Assembly (NCBI RefSeq): GCF_009914755.1
Contig: NC_060927.1
Strand: one strand, 5' to 3'
DNA length: 64,000 nucleotides
From: the human T2T-CHM13v2.0 reference genome, Homo sapiens
Position 1 is the stretch's first letter, and the number at the start of each line of letters is the position of its first letter. Below are positions 25,328 to 37,830 of this stretch, one piece after another. The position numbers were made by a program, and so were the translations under genes. The notes below the pieces were generated by a model, which worked only from the letters and a program-made list of their open reading frames with translations, was not told the DNA's origin and ran no database searches.

Positions 25328-26919
25328 CTAAAATCAAAAGGGCATCATTTCTACATTGACTCCTAAGGAGTGTCTCTGCTTTCCTATGCGTTATTGAAGG
25401 AAGAGTTTTCATGTTGCCTAACAGTGTGAAGGTCAGCAACAAAATAATGTGTAATTTGCCTATAGCAGTTCTACCCATAGGAAAAAACACTCAAAACATT
25501 CCCCCCAAGATTATGTAAACATATGATACTTGGACAGTATGGTACTCTGGATCCCGTCTTGGGAGATAATATGTATGATGTCAGTCTACTGAAGAAATCC
25601 AACCATTCTTAGGTCCCAAATAGTTATTACAAGAATAGGAAAATTCTTCCCTCTTCTTCCTTCTCCTCCTCATGCAACCTTATATTTTCTAAGATCTCTA
25701 CCATTCACTTATTCCAAAATCACCCTCATTGTCTTCACTGTAAAGCAGGCACTCTTTCTTCAGTGCCTAACTCCTTTTAGGCCCCAGCCTCTGACCTTTG
25801 TTATGACCCCACCTCAACAGGTATCTCTTTCTATCATGGTTCCCAGATTCTCTTCCATACTCTACATCCCACTGCAGGAGTAATCCTTTTCCGAAACCCT
25901 TTCCCTCCTTCCTTGCACCTGTCAAGGTGTTTCTCTGGCTTGGTTCTAGCCCTCCCTGGTTCCCAGTTAGGGAGAAAGCATCTGATGAATGCCTGTGCAT
26001 TCATTATATCAATAATTAATCATGGTTTTTCATGCAACATTCCTCAGAGAGACTTCCATTTGTGTTTAGGACTCTAAATTCAAATATTGCAGGAGGTGAG
26101 AAAATTTTATTCATCAGATGACTTCATCTCAGGGAAAGCATTGTAGTTGAAAGAAAAAAAAATTGCTGTGCTGAATTGGGAGGCAAGATGACACACCCCT
26201 CCCTTTCTATCTCCAATTGCAAAATAACCAACAAAAGACATGTTCTAAAGCATCCCTCCTGAGACAAGGGCAGGAATTCCTTTTGCTTGCACTGGGAATG
26301 TGGGGAGAGGAAGTATGGTGGAGGGACCCAGAGAGGAGGAAGGCCTGAAACTGTGATACAGCTTCTCCTGGTGGGGACTAAAATTTCAGCAGAGGCATTA
26401 AATTCATGAATGAGTAGTGTGAGTGGACTGTTAGTTAAAATTCACAAAGGACCTGGGTTACAGCATGCAGTGAAATTCAGGCAGCATGCACCGATGGAGA
26501 AGCAAGTAGGTTCACAAGGAAATAAGCACCAGAAATCTGCTGAGAGCAGAGGGAGAGCTGTCATCTTTCACAGCCCATGCAATTAGAGGTTGAGGCAAGT
26601 TAACCCACCTCTTCCCAGGGTAGGGGCAGGGCCATTCTGTATAGCTGTGCAGTTTGTGTGCTGCAGAAAGACTCCTGACTGCACAAAGGCCCGCTCTATA
26701 CTTAACAATCTGAAAGGCTGGTCAGCCTGGAGGAAGGCAGCATTTTTGTAATTCATCACCTGTAGGGCCATATCTTTGAATTCACACAAAAGCATGGGTG
26801 TTACCTTTAGTGATGGAATGTAAGGCTACAGCCCATTGTCTTATGAAAAAGCTATTCTGTCACAAGAGCATAGGGAGCTTTCTATCTAGAAAAGCCCAGC
26901 CTCTGTTAGCTTCATGTCA

Positions 26920-27120
26920 TAGGTATAGTACAATCTAAATGCCCGTGGATCTGTGTGGAATCAAATAGGCCTAAGTCTGCTTTCCTGCTCTGCAACTCAC
27001 CAGTTTTTGTATTGGGCAATCTTACTGCTCTGAGCCTCAGTTTTCTCATCTGTAAAAATTAATGGTTTGCCCAATTGCATAGGGTTATTTTAATGACCAA
27101 GTGGAAAATATGAGTATAAA
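26920..27120 (+). mobile_element. MIR SINE
   Basis: CTCTGAGCCTCAGTTTTCTCATCTGTAAAAAT core. Confidence 0.7.
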
Positions 27121-27121
27121 T

Positions 27122-27270
27122 CAGTAGTTCTCAGCCATGACTGCACACTGGAATTGCTGGGAAAAGCACCTGATGCCAGTTCCTACCCCAGGGGTTCTGA
27201 TTTAATTGGTGCAGCCTGCACTGGAAGCTTAGAAACTCCCCCAGGTGATTTTCCTAGGCAACCAGAGCTG
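27122..27270. mobile_element. MER5-family hAT-Charlie element
   Basis: CAGTAGTTCTCA start, GTTCTGATTTAATTGGT and CTCCCCAGGTGATTTT segments. Confidence 0.7.
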
Positions 27271-27418
27271 GCAGAAATGCTTTGCAAACTGTCAAACTCT
27301 GGACAGATGTGAGGGATTATTACTGAGATGACTCCTGGAGTTGAGAGAAGGCTGAGCAGTGCCAGGACTGTATTCCATCAGTCTAGGCCCACGGAGGGGC
27401 CTTCTAACATTTGCTCAC

Positions 27419-27579
27419 TTTCTTCCCAGGTCCAGTCTCTTGGTTCTCCACCAGCTGCCAGGTCACAGAGGCAGGAACAAATTCTTCTGGTTCATCGGCC
27501 TCAACAATGATCACTTGGCTGCCTGGAGGGATCATTTCAGAATTCTTTGCAACAGTAATGGCCGTTTGAAGGTTATCAC
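27419..27579 (-). CDS. ATP13A5: ATP13A5 coding exon (~exon 19), 161 nt, (G)DNLQTAITVAK...ETGPGKK
   Basis: ctag|GTGAT acceptor, AAA|gtgagc donor; completes TGDN. Confidence 0.95.
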
Positions 27580-28357
27580 CTAGAAGACAAAGAAACTTTG
27601 CTTGCTGTATGTACAAACCTCCCCTCAGCAACAAGAACTGAGGTCTCCCTTTTCCACTCTGCTTGGTGTTCTTTGAGAGCATTTACCGCTTTCTGCCTTA
27701 TTTTATCTTCCTCTCTGCTGTAGACTGCCCCTACTGGGCAAACACTATGTTCCCATCTCCCTCTCCATATTCTGCATCATATCCTGGTCCATGTGTATTT
27801 CAAAACATGTGTGAATTAATAAAGAAATACTTAAGCATTTATGACCAATCCTCAGAAGACAGACAACTCTTAGTGGAGAATATAGCATGATCTCAGCCTG
27901 ATAGCTTAAACCATCCACGGGATCTGGAAACTAACTAAGCAAAGAACACACAGGGTCAGGCTGTGCTTGGGTTTGACGATCATACACCATGCCTGGCCCT
28001 ACTGCCCTAGAGGACCATCAACCAGAGACTCAATCCTCTATGCAGAGGGATCACTGGGTTTCTTGATGAGAACACACCCATTCTTGCTCATTTACTGTGA
28101 GCCTTGAGGCACCGCACAGATCCTGGCTGGGAGGGGTAGTCATTAGACAAAGAGGATGAGATACGGTCCCTACCTTCAAAGCTTCTGGTCCTGTCGGGGC
28201 AGCTGCACATGTTTTTAGGTAAGGGACTACAGGGTAACAAATTCGACAACAGAACATTTTTCCCTGTCTCTGATACATGAACTCACTCAGCTCACACATC
28301 TTGTTCTTATGCCTAGGATACAATCAACTTGCCAGGCCCCTAGAAACAAATACATAC

Positions 28358-28482
28358 CTGTAATCATCACAGTCCTGATACGGGCCTCACTCAGTTCCTT
28401 CAAGACCAGTTTGGTTTCTTTTTTCAAGCGATTCTCCATGATGAGAAGTCCCAGAAATGTTAACTCTGACTCCACTTTTTCT
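28358..28482 (-). CDS. ATP13A5: ATP13A5 coding exon (~exon 18), 125 nt, EKVESELTFLGLLIMENRLK...RTVMIT(G)
   Basis: aaag|AGAAA acceptor (weak AAG), CAG|gtatgt donor; phase 2 to 1. Confidence 0.93.
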
Positions 28483-29159
28483 CTTTGTATTCAGGAGAAA
28501 ATCAATATTAAAGTATATCTACGTAGGCTCCATAGTTCAATTTATTTCTTCTTTTAAAAATTTATAAGTTTTATTAATGCAATACAGGCACATTTTAAAA
28601 ATCAAAATGAACTTAAAAGCTTATAATGAAAACCAGTAGTCTGTCTCCACACCACCTCACCCCTCTCCTTCCTAGAGGCAACCACTTCTAAATCTGTTTT
28701 TTCCAGTTTCCAACTTTATTTTTAAAAACAATGTGCTTATCTTCCAACTCTTCTGTTGGTTTTTAAATATGTTAATCAAATATACTTTATTTTTTAATTT
28801 CTCAGTGCTTTGTCTTTTTTGAGCTTGCAATCGTTTCAGTTTATTTGGCATTTATTAAGGGCATTCTGCATACATACAAGACACGATAGTAGTAGTTGAA
28901 TACAGTGTCATTCATCTTAGTTTCCATCTGTCGCCTTGAATAATATTTACTGGCATCAGACAGGGCTCTGAACAGTTTTCGGAATTTGAAAGTGATGGCT
29001 TATAGTCCAACTGGGTTGCATTAGTTATGTAGGAACGTTCCTCTGAAATGGAATCACTCTTGGGTGGCTTTTTAAAAAGTAAATTTGGGGGCCAAGAACT
29101 CTTTTTTGATCTTTGTTCATTTTGCTGTGCACCGTGGTGTTAAGATTACAGGGAGATAG

Positions 29160-30414
29160 ATCTGAACAATATGCATGCAGCTGTGAAGCCATTACCATAA
29201 TCCAGGTAATAAACATATCCATCACCTCAAAAAGTTTCCTTCTACCCTGTTTTATGTGTGTGTGTGTGTTAAAATCACTTCTCTAGAATGTATTCATCTT
29301 GCATAACTGAAACTTTATATCCATTAACAACAACTTCCTATTTCCCCCTCCCCCTAGCCCTTGGTAATCACAATTCTAGTCTCTACTCTCTACTTCTATG
29401 AATATGTCTATTTCAGATGCTTCAGATAAGTAGGATCACACAGTATTAGGCCTTCTGTGACTGGTTTATTTCACTTAGCATGATGTCTTTCAGTTTCATT
29501 CATGTTGTCTCATATGGCAAGATTTTCTCCTTTTCTAAGGCTTAATAATATTCCATTATATGTACATATTACATTTTTAAAATCCATTCATCCAATGATG
29601 AACATTTAGGTTGTTTCCATATCTTGACTATTATAAATAATGCTGCAATGAACATAAAGGTGAAGATACCTTTTTTTGAGATCCCAATGTCAGTTCTTTT
29701 GGATATATACTCAGAAGTGGGATTTTGGACCATTGGATCACCTGGTGATCCAATGTTTTAAAAAATTAAAAACATTCTATTTTTAATTTTTTAAAGAACC
29801 TCCACATTGTTTTCCATAGCAGCTGTACCATTTTACAAAGGTTCTAATTTCTCTATATCCTTGTCAACTTGTTCTTTTGTTTTTGTTTCAAATAGCCATC
29901 CTTACAGGTATGAGGTGGTATTTCATTGTGGTTTTGATTTGCATTTCCCTAATGACTAGTAAAGTTGAGCACTTTTTCATATATCTGTTGGTCATTTGTA
30001 CGTCTTTGGAGAAATGTCTATTCAGGGCCTTTGTTCATTTTTAAATTGGATTATTTATTGATTTTTCCTATTGAATTGTGTCCTCTGTACATTTTGGATG
30101 TTAATGTCTTATCAGATATATGGTTTGCAGAGATTTTCTGCCATTTTATAGGTTGCTATTTCACTCTGTTATTTCCTTTGCTGTGCAAAACTTTTCAGTT
30201 TAATATCCACCAGCAAAAGAATGAAATTGGACCCTTATCTTATACCATACGTAAAAATCAACTCAAAATGGATTAAACACTTAAACATAAGACCTGAAAC
30301 CGTGAAACTACTAGAGGAAAACATAGGGAGAAATCTTCTTGATATTGGTCTTGGCAATGATTTCATGGCTATGACACATAAAGCACAGGCAACAAAAGCA
30401 AAAACAGGCAAATG
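29160..30414 (-). mobile_element. 5'-inverted old L1 (L1MA/L1MB-like): 3' part 29160-30204 (-) plus inverted ORF2 piece 30203-30414 (+)
   Basis: The minus part ends at the IKLK-CTAK-coding region. The plus part encodes MKLDPYLIPYVKINSKWIK...KAQATKAKTGK, the L1 sequence immediately upstream of it. Confidence 0.85.
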
Positions 30415-32376
30415 TTCTTTGTTTCTATTTTATGATGCTTCTTCTCGTTCACTACTTTAGGCACTTGGCTGCTTGTTACCCTACAACACTCCCAGCAGTG
30501 CTTGTGTCAAAGCTTTTGTACCCACCATTTCTATTCCCTGCAATGCTCTTCCTCTGGATATCTGCGTGTCTTTCTCTCTTATTTTATTAAATGTCTGTTA
30601 AAATGTTGCTCCTCTGAGGACTTTGCTGATTGCCTAGGCAAAATGACATTCTCTGTCTTTTTTAAAAAGTCCTCTTAACTTACTTTATATTTTCCCCCTC
30701 AGGTCATTTAAGAACCACTAGTGGGATAATATTTTATGGGTTTATTTTCTAATCTATTTCCCCAACTAGGATATATTCATGAGGACAAGGATTTTATTTT
30801 ATTCACTTCCAAATAAGTTCTCAATTCCTTGAGCGTCTGACATACAGTTAAGTTCAATACAGATTTGCTAAACTGGTGAAGGGGTGAGCCTTGATGGAGT
30901 ATTTATCCTGCTGTTTTAGTTTGGGGTGACTTTTTACGTCATCTCAAAAAACTTTTCTACTTCCCCATTATGACTCCAATTTTTAAGAAGTTTTAAATTT
31001 TTCTAGTTGGAAAACTTTGCTAAATAGAATTTGATTCTAAGAAAAACCAAAACCCTATCCTTTTACCCTGTTTGAAAATAGTAACTAAATTCTAAGAAGT
31101 ATAATAAGTTCCTGATATTCCCCAAAAAAACCTGGAATGGTTGGAAATATAGCACATTTTATCTTCATTTTCTTATTTTGTTATATTTATAATGTCTATC
31201 CCACTAGTGGCTCTTACATGAGAACAACACAGCTGCGTTTGTATGTGACAGCTGGATGATGGCTACACTCCATCACTAGCTACATAGATCTTTTCTTCAC
31301 ACATGTCCTTAACGTTGATTATTCAAATTTGTGTTTAGAAAATTACAAATCCTATGTGGTCTGGACCTTTATGTTTGCTCAAGAATAGCTAACACCTGGA
31401 ATGTTAAATCTGAGAATGACATTCATATATTTCAAAATAAGCTTTGTGATCCTGTTTCAAGTATTAAAATGTCATGGCTGAAGGCCTTCTTGGAGATCAT
31501 CCAATTGCATATTTTATAGATGGTGAAACAAGCACAGAGTAAGGAAGGGACTGTGTTTACTAATTAACTTAGAGTCAATGGACTTAGGTTGCAAATAATA
31601 ATGTTAAACCAAGGATATCACTATTTTACATGAAGGAGCTAGCTGTATATAAATTAGCATTTATCAGCAACACAAATCCAATGTAAGAAATAAATAGATT
31701 TTCTGCTATTCAGTTTTCCACAGTATTTTTTTACTCCTTTGTCATAGATAATTTGAAAATAGCCTTTAAAAACTGAAGAACGTTGAAAGAAATAATAATT
31801 TATAAATTATCCTCTAATGAGGACAACTTATCCCTGTAATGTAATTAAGAATACTGAATTTTATTTCTCATAAGTAATTCAATTTGCCCTTGTTACCTTC
31901 ACAGATACGAAGGAGATGTTGTAGTATTGAGCACTGAAAAAACCACGTCTAAAGTATTCTCAAAATCTTTCAAAGTGCCAACTGTCTCCCTCTCTCAACC
32001 TCTCTGTGTATGGGCCACCCAAGTTGATTGGTCACATAATGCTCTGAGGTTGAAGGAGCGTTGGTTGTTTTGATGGGATGAGAGCTGCGACTAAAGTTGA
32101 CATAACATAGTGCCAAGCAGAGATAACACACTGGTATCTTGGAGTCAGAAGCTCTCAAGTACCATCCTTGTTCTGCCACCAACCAGCATTGTGACTTGAG
32201 CAAGTCATCTCCAGTATCACCTACAATTATCCATCTCTGAGTCAGGGGACTGTACAAGATTAATTCTCTGTCTCTGAGAGCCTTCCAGGTGATTAGAACT
32301 GTTCATCTGTTCATCTCCAGGACTCGCACTTCATGGGCACAGAGCCTGCTCTAGTGCCAATTTCTGAATTGCTTAC

Positions 32377-32494
32377 CTGGCTAAGTGCTCGACTTCTGAA
32401 AGATTCCCCATCTTTAAGGTTTTGTGGGCAAGAGCAATGACACGGAAGCCTTGCACCGTGTAACTCCTCAGTTCCTGTGGGAAATTCTTGGGCA
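32377..32494 (-). CDS. ATP13A5: ATP13A5 coding exon (~exon 17), 118 nt, PKNFPQELRSYTVQGFRVIALAHK...EHLA(R)
   Basis: gcag|TGCCC acceptor, CAG|gtaagc donor; GFRVIALA motif. Confidence 0.95.
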
Positions 32495-32712
32495 CTGCCA
32501 GGGTAGAAGAAACAGGTAAGTGTAAGGTCATGTTGAAGGCTGGTCTAAGCAAGACTCCAGGACACAGCCATTGTACCTTGTCTTAACTTTCATTCCATAA
32601 AAGCACTTTAATAGAAAACTTAGAGCTTCTCCTAAAGGCCACAAACAACTTCATCAGTGTGTTCTTATTATTTTGATGGAAAAAATGTCAAAGCCGTGCT
32701 GGTCATTTACTG

Positions 32713-33054
32713 CGTTATGGATGGAATGTGTCCCTCCAAAATTCATATGTTGAAGCCTAATCTCTAATGCAATAGTATTTGGAGGTGGGGCCTTCAGGAG
32801 GTAATTAGGTTATGAGGGTGGAGCCCTCGTGAATGAGATTGATGCCCTAAGAAAACACATCTCTCTCCACCATGTGAGGATACAGGAAGAAGGCAACCAT
32901 CTGCAAACCAGAAAGAAAGCCCTCTCCGGGAACCACGTTGGGCAACACCTCTATCCTGGCCTTTCCAGCCCCCAGAACTGTGAGGAATAAATTTCTGTTG
33001 TTCAAGCACGCAGTCTATGGTCTTTTGTTATAATAGCACAAGCTGACTCAGACA
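32713..33054 (+). mobile_element. MLT1A-family MaLR solo LTR
   Basis: GTTATGGATGGAATGTGTCCCTCCAAAATTCATATGTTGAAGCCTAA start and GACTCAGACA end; TSD TACTG/AACTG. Confidence 0.85.
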
Positions 33055-33149
33055 AACTGGGTGTCAAATGTACCAACTGGGTTCAGTAAGAACAGACCTC
33101 AGGACTGGGGTACTTGGATAAAATGAGAGAAACAGCTGATTTTCTAGAT

Positions 33150-33378
33150 CAGGGGTCAAAAAAACAAAACTAGGATGCACAGGCTAAATCTGGTCTATAG
33201 CTTGTTTTTATAAATGAAATTTCACTGAAACACAGCCATGCCCATTTGATTGTTCATTGTCTATGGCTGCTTTAAGGCTTCAGTGACAGTGTTGAGGAAT
33301 TGAAATGGACGCCATGTGATTGGCAAAGCCTAAAGTAAGAACTATCTTGATCTTTACAGAAAAGTTTGCCAAATCCTG
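33150..33378 (+). mobile_element. MER58A-like hAT-Charlie MITE
   Basis: CAGGGGTC start, AAACACAGCCATGCCCATTTG...ATTGTCTATGGCTGCTTT core, AAAGTTTGCCAAATCCTG end. Confidence 0.8.
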
Positions 33379-34721
33379 CTTTAGGTGAAAGATGACACAA
33401 TGCCAACATTTGTGTGTTTTAGCATGGCAATCACAACTATGTTTATAAAATCTTTATGATTTATAACGTACCTATAAGGGTATTAGAGGGAACCACAGAA
33501 CAATGGGAGGTATAGTAGCTTAGGTGGCAAATCAACTAAGTTCTATTCTCCCTTCCACTTCCATGTGGACCTTAGTCATGTTCAGTCTCCCTTCTGCACC
33601 TTAGTTTCTCATCCATAAAATGAGAATTCCAGATCTCTCTGTCTCCATTCATTTCAGACTTTCTGTAATTCTAAAATATTCCTGGAGGTGGGAATCTAAT
33701 TTCAAGAAAGTTCTTAGCTCTCTATTTCTAAAAATGGGGTACGGTGGTGGTGGAAATCACTGAAGATAGTATTAGCGTAAGTCAAAGATTGGAAGTTGGG
33801 AAAACAGGAAGAACTGAAAGAGCTGCCAGGAAAACAAGTGCCAAGTGACAGGCCCAAATCCTTACTGAGAGAGCAGGGACAATAGATACCAGTTTAAATG
33901 TCAAGAAGATGCTCAGCTGTACCCGTGTAACTGAAACAAAACAAACACAGTATATGTTGTAATCAGTGAAGGACAGAGTTAATGTGACCTATGCTGAAGA
34001 TCAAAGACAGAAGAAAAGGGGCTAAAAAAAGACTCCCAATAGAGAAGTTAAAGGAATTATTTGCCAAATCTAGAATTCTCTGCACAAGTTGATGGCCATC
34101 AGCAATCATAAGGAGAGTCTACATGAAAATCGGAAGACAAAAAGACCAATTTTATCCAAATGAACTCATTTGAATGCAACAACATTCTTATACATCTGGC
34201 TGCCGCTTAAAGAGTGCATATGTTTATAAGACTAAAAAGCAATACAAATCAGCTCAAAGTCTGGCCCAGAAAGATGAAATTGCTGTGAAAATTATGAATT
34301 ATCTTGCTCTAATACCATTGAATTTACTCTGATCACTTTTATTTCTGTTCTATATTCTTCTATATTCTCCTCCCATCGATCTGATTCTCCCTGGAGGTGA
34401 CAGAGCAGTCATGTCTGCAGAACTTACCTAGCGTCCAGACCTCTCCATTTCCCTCATTCACACCTCCCCTAGTTCTCTGACCCTCAGTAGCTCCCTATTC
34501 TGGCTCCTGATGCAAGCTTCACATCTCGTCTCCTTCCCAGATGCCTCACTGTGGTTGTACTTTTCTTACTGCACCCACAGCCAGATATTTAGTCGCTGCC
34601 TCCCAGCCTTGAAATTATCACCCCTGCTTCTTAGGATCTACTGGGCCTACTTTGCACCTACCCAGGAAACAAGCAGCTCCACGTTCATTGATTGTGAAGC
34701 TTTCTGTGTTTGTTGGCTTTA

Positions 34722-35036
<315 letters not shown>

Positions 35037-35066
35037 TTACTTCTTGAAAGAGAAAAGTGTTAGTAC

Positions 35067-35223
35067 CTGTTTCAGATCTGCAGAACCTGGCCACCATTTC
35101 TGGGGCACCTTTCATGTAGACATGGAAATGATTCTCCCCAGCTAGCTGAGCGATCACGGACATCCTCTGCAGGCTCGAGGAAAATGGAAACTGGCACAAG
35201 GTGATGATGGCTTCCACTGGACT
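35067..35223 (-). CDS. ATP13A5: ATP13A5 coding exon (~exon 16), 157 nt, [23 protein letters not shown]...[15 protein letters not shown](V)
   Basis: gcag|AGTCC acceptor, CAG|gtacta donor; [12 protein letters not shown] and KGAPE motifs. Confidence 0.95.
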
Positions 35224-35876
35224 CTGCAAGCCCATCAACAACAGGGAGCTTAACAAGCTGCTAAGTGATATTTCCAAATGCATACCAACAAAAGGGCTTT
35301 ACTGTGCAATGAGCCCAGAGACATCTTGATGTAGTATATTTGTCACAACATTGATTTTGTGTGTGTGTGTGTGGCTGCCTTAAAGTGACTCCCTCAACAA
35401 GTTGTCTGGACTGCAAGGACCTTCCCCTGGAGAAATCCTAATCACCTTCCAGGCCAAGCTCACAGGTCATCTCCTCTGCAGTGCTTTTATCTCCCAGAAA
35501 CAGTATTCATTCCCATGTCAGGACTCTTGAAACTCTTTCTTCAGCCTTGATTATAGCATTTGGCACATTGTGTTGCACTTATCTGCACCTATATTGATTT
35601 TTCTATGAGTCTACCTGTTCCTCCAACCCAGAGCCAAGTGTGTCTTGTTTTGAAGCCTCTTTATCTGCTAGCACCTAGCACAATGCCCTAGCGTACACAG
35701 GTAGTGTTTGTTGAATAAATTAATAGACAAATTCGGAAATGAAAGAAACAGCAAACCAACCGTGGAAACTGTTATGATAAGGCAAAATAATAGGACTATA
35801 AAAATATGTGCAAGTCAGAAATGTTTTACCAGTTTTATGGGGAAAGAGCTATGTGATGTAAAGAAGGAAATCATAC

Positions 35877-35960
35877 CTTACTGGCTTTTGGTCCTGGTTT
35901 TATGATGTTTGAAACTGACGTCCCAAATTTGCAGGAGTCTACAATGCAATCTTCCATTTT
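35877..35960 (-). CDS. ATP13A5: ATP13A5 coding exon (~exon 15), 84 nt, KMEDCIVDSCKFGTSVSNIIKPGPKASK
   Basis: acag|AAAAT acceptor, AAG|gtatga donor; phase 0 to 0. Confidence 0.92.
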
Positions 35961-37659
35961 CTGTTATAAAATGAAAACATTCATAAGATTCTTTGAATAA
36001 AAATATTAAGAAAGAAATATCTCTTATTTGCACAATACTTTAATCTTTTCAAAGCCATTTTTACATATTTTCTCTTCCAGGCCAATTATCTTAATACTGT
36101 CATTGTCAAATTTCTGTTGTATCGATTTATATTAGGGGCCTTATTGTAGAATGTCAAAAGCCAAAAATATTGTGAATTCATTTTAAGAAGTAATTGATGG
36201 AAGAAGTGCTAGCTACAGGTCCATGGATCTTTCTAAATGATTACATCTAGTAATTGGAGGAGGGATTAAGTGGAGATGTAGTCTCCAACATTGCCGAGCA
36301 CCATAGCTCTCAGATGAGTTAGGACTGGGTCCTGAGATAAACATGGCACTAGTTCTTCATACTATACCTATGCTACTAGCCTAATTGAGTTAACTAGGGA
36401 GTTGGTATGTCAGCTGCTAGCAAATTAGAAAGCCTGTTTGAAAATGACGTGTATTCTTTGGATATTACAACAGAAGTTAATACCTCTGAGAAGCCAATAT
36501 TAACCAATATTAAAATATGGGAAAGACAGTCATATATATAAATAGTAGAGGTCAGAAAACAGGAGATAGTATCTGGTTTCCACTCTGCCACTTACCTGTT
36601 TAATCTTGGGGACACCACTTTATTTCTGTAGATCTCAATTTCTTCTGAAAAATATTCTGACATCCCATCAAATGCTAAAATTCTTGACAGTCTAAAAGGA
36701 CAGTTTCCCTCCTCTGTATGTGGAGTGGAAGGTTCCCAGTTACCAAAAGATACTCAAGACAGCTTCTGACACAGCTCTAAACTCAGTGAAAAATCATGCA
36801 TTTTTATGCTTTGTTTGGGATGGATACAACTATTCTTAACAGATGGTTCTTACAGAGCTAATACTAAAGATTTATATTCCCAACCAAGTATGTTATTTGT
36901 AAAGACAGATCAGCCCTCCTATAATGGAGAGGGGGATGTAGTTAGGGCCAGGACCAAAGCCAGATATAAAATGACCCTGCACAACTCATCACCGTGTTTA
37001 TCCCAATGATTCTGTTAAGGACACTGCTTATAGTAAATACACCGATTCCTCTCCATTGAGATCCAGAGAATTGGTCACTATGTCAAATGTTTTTCCACAG
37101 CAAATGCTCTATTTTAACTTGCTGGTATCAGAAGTTTCCCTTTTTACCAGGTTTCCTCTTTCATTGATTTGCCCTCTAGAAAGCTAAAATTTCCCTATTA
37201 TATGTCTTTGTATTAGCTTCTTTGTTAGGTGTGCTTTGTTTCCCTGCAATCATTTGTTCCCATTCTTTTGCAGCTATGTTTAACTGCTGTACTGTATTTT
37301 ATACATCATTGGACACAGCTTTAGGATGTTCTTCGGAGGCAACAGGGTGTAATTAACTAACCAGTTAATTAGTGAACACCCTCTACTTGTTTGGCTCTTC
37401 ATTGTGCTCAAAGCCCCTTTAGATTCATAGTCTCAGTGGTCATAAGTCCGTGAATGAGGCATTATTACCCCAAACGTACAGATGAGGTCACAGACTCAGT
37501 CCTGGCTCTGGCTTTGTGATCACACAGCTGGAGAGTGGTGAAATGCAGAGGGTTTTCCACTATGGCAGCCTTCAGGGTGGGTTTATACCCTTCCGTTTTC
37601 ATTCACACTCAGCTCAGGAGATTGAACCAGTTGGAATGCAGTCCTCCAGTTTGGTGTCT

Positions 37660-37830
37660 AGACTTATGCTTTACAATACACAGTCGCCACCAGCCACTTG
37701 TAGCTATTTAAATTTAAACTATTTAAAATTAAATCAGATTAAAAATTCAGTTTCTCAGTTGCAGAGCCACATTTCAAGGACTGAGTAGCCACATATGGCT
37801 CGTGGCTGCTCTACCAGAGAACACTGCTTT
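37660..37830. mobile_element. MER3/MER33-like hAT-Charlie fragment
   Basis: CCAGCCACTTGTAGCTATTTAAATTTAAA...AAAATTCAGTTTCTCAGTTGCA...AGCCACATATGGCT. Confidence 0.65.

Larger units (their letters stand above)
20630..27550 (+). ncRNA. ATP13A5-AS1: Probable spliced antisense lncRNA overlapping ATP13A5 exons ~19-22 (ends approximate)
   Basis: Plus-strand donor AG|GTAAGA at 20786/7, candidate internal exon 25195-25267, and a CTAAC + polypyrimidine + CAG acceptor at 27404-27429. I recall an annotated ATP13A5-AS1 in roughly this interval but cannot verify it. Confidence 0.45.

Noticed and set aside
27880-27990. Short patches resembling 5S rRNA (GATCTCAGCCTGAT, CTAAGCA, CAGGGTCAGG)
   Set aside because: Matches are short and not colinearly spaced; insufficient to call a 5S pseudogene.
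32511-32521. Perfect plus-strand donor CAG|GTAAGT next to exon 17
   Set aside because: It is the reverse complement of the exon's own branch/pyrimidine region (ACTTACCTG); no partner acceptor was identified.
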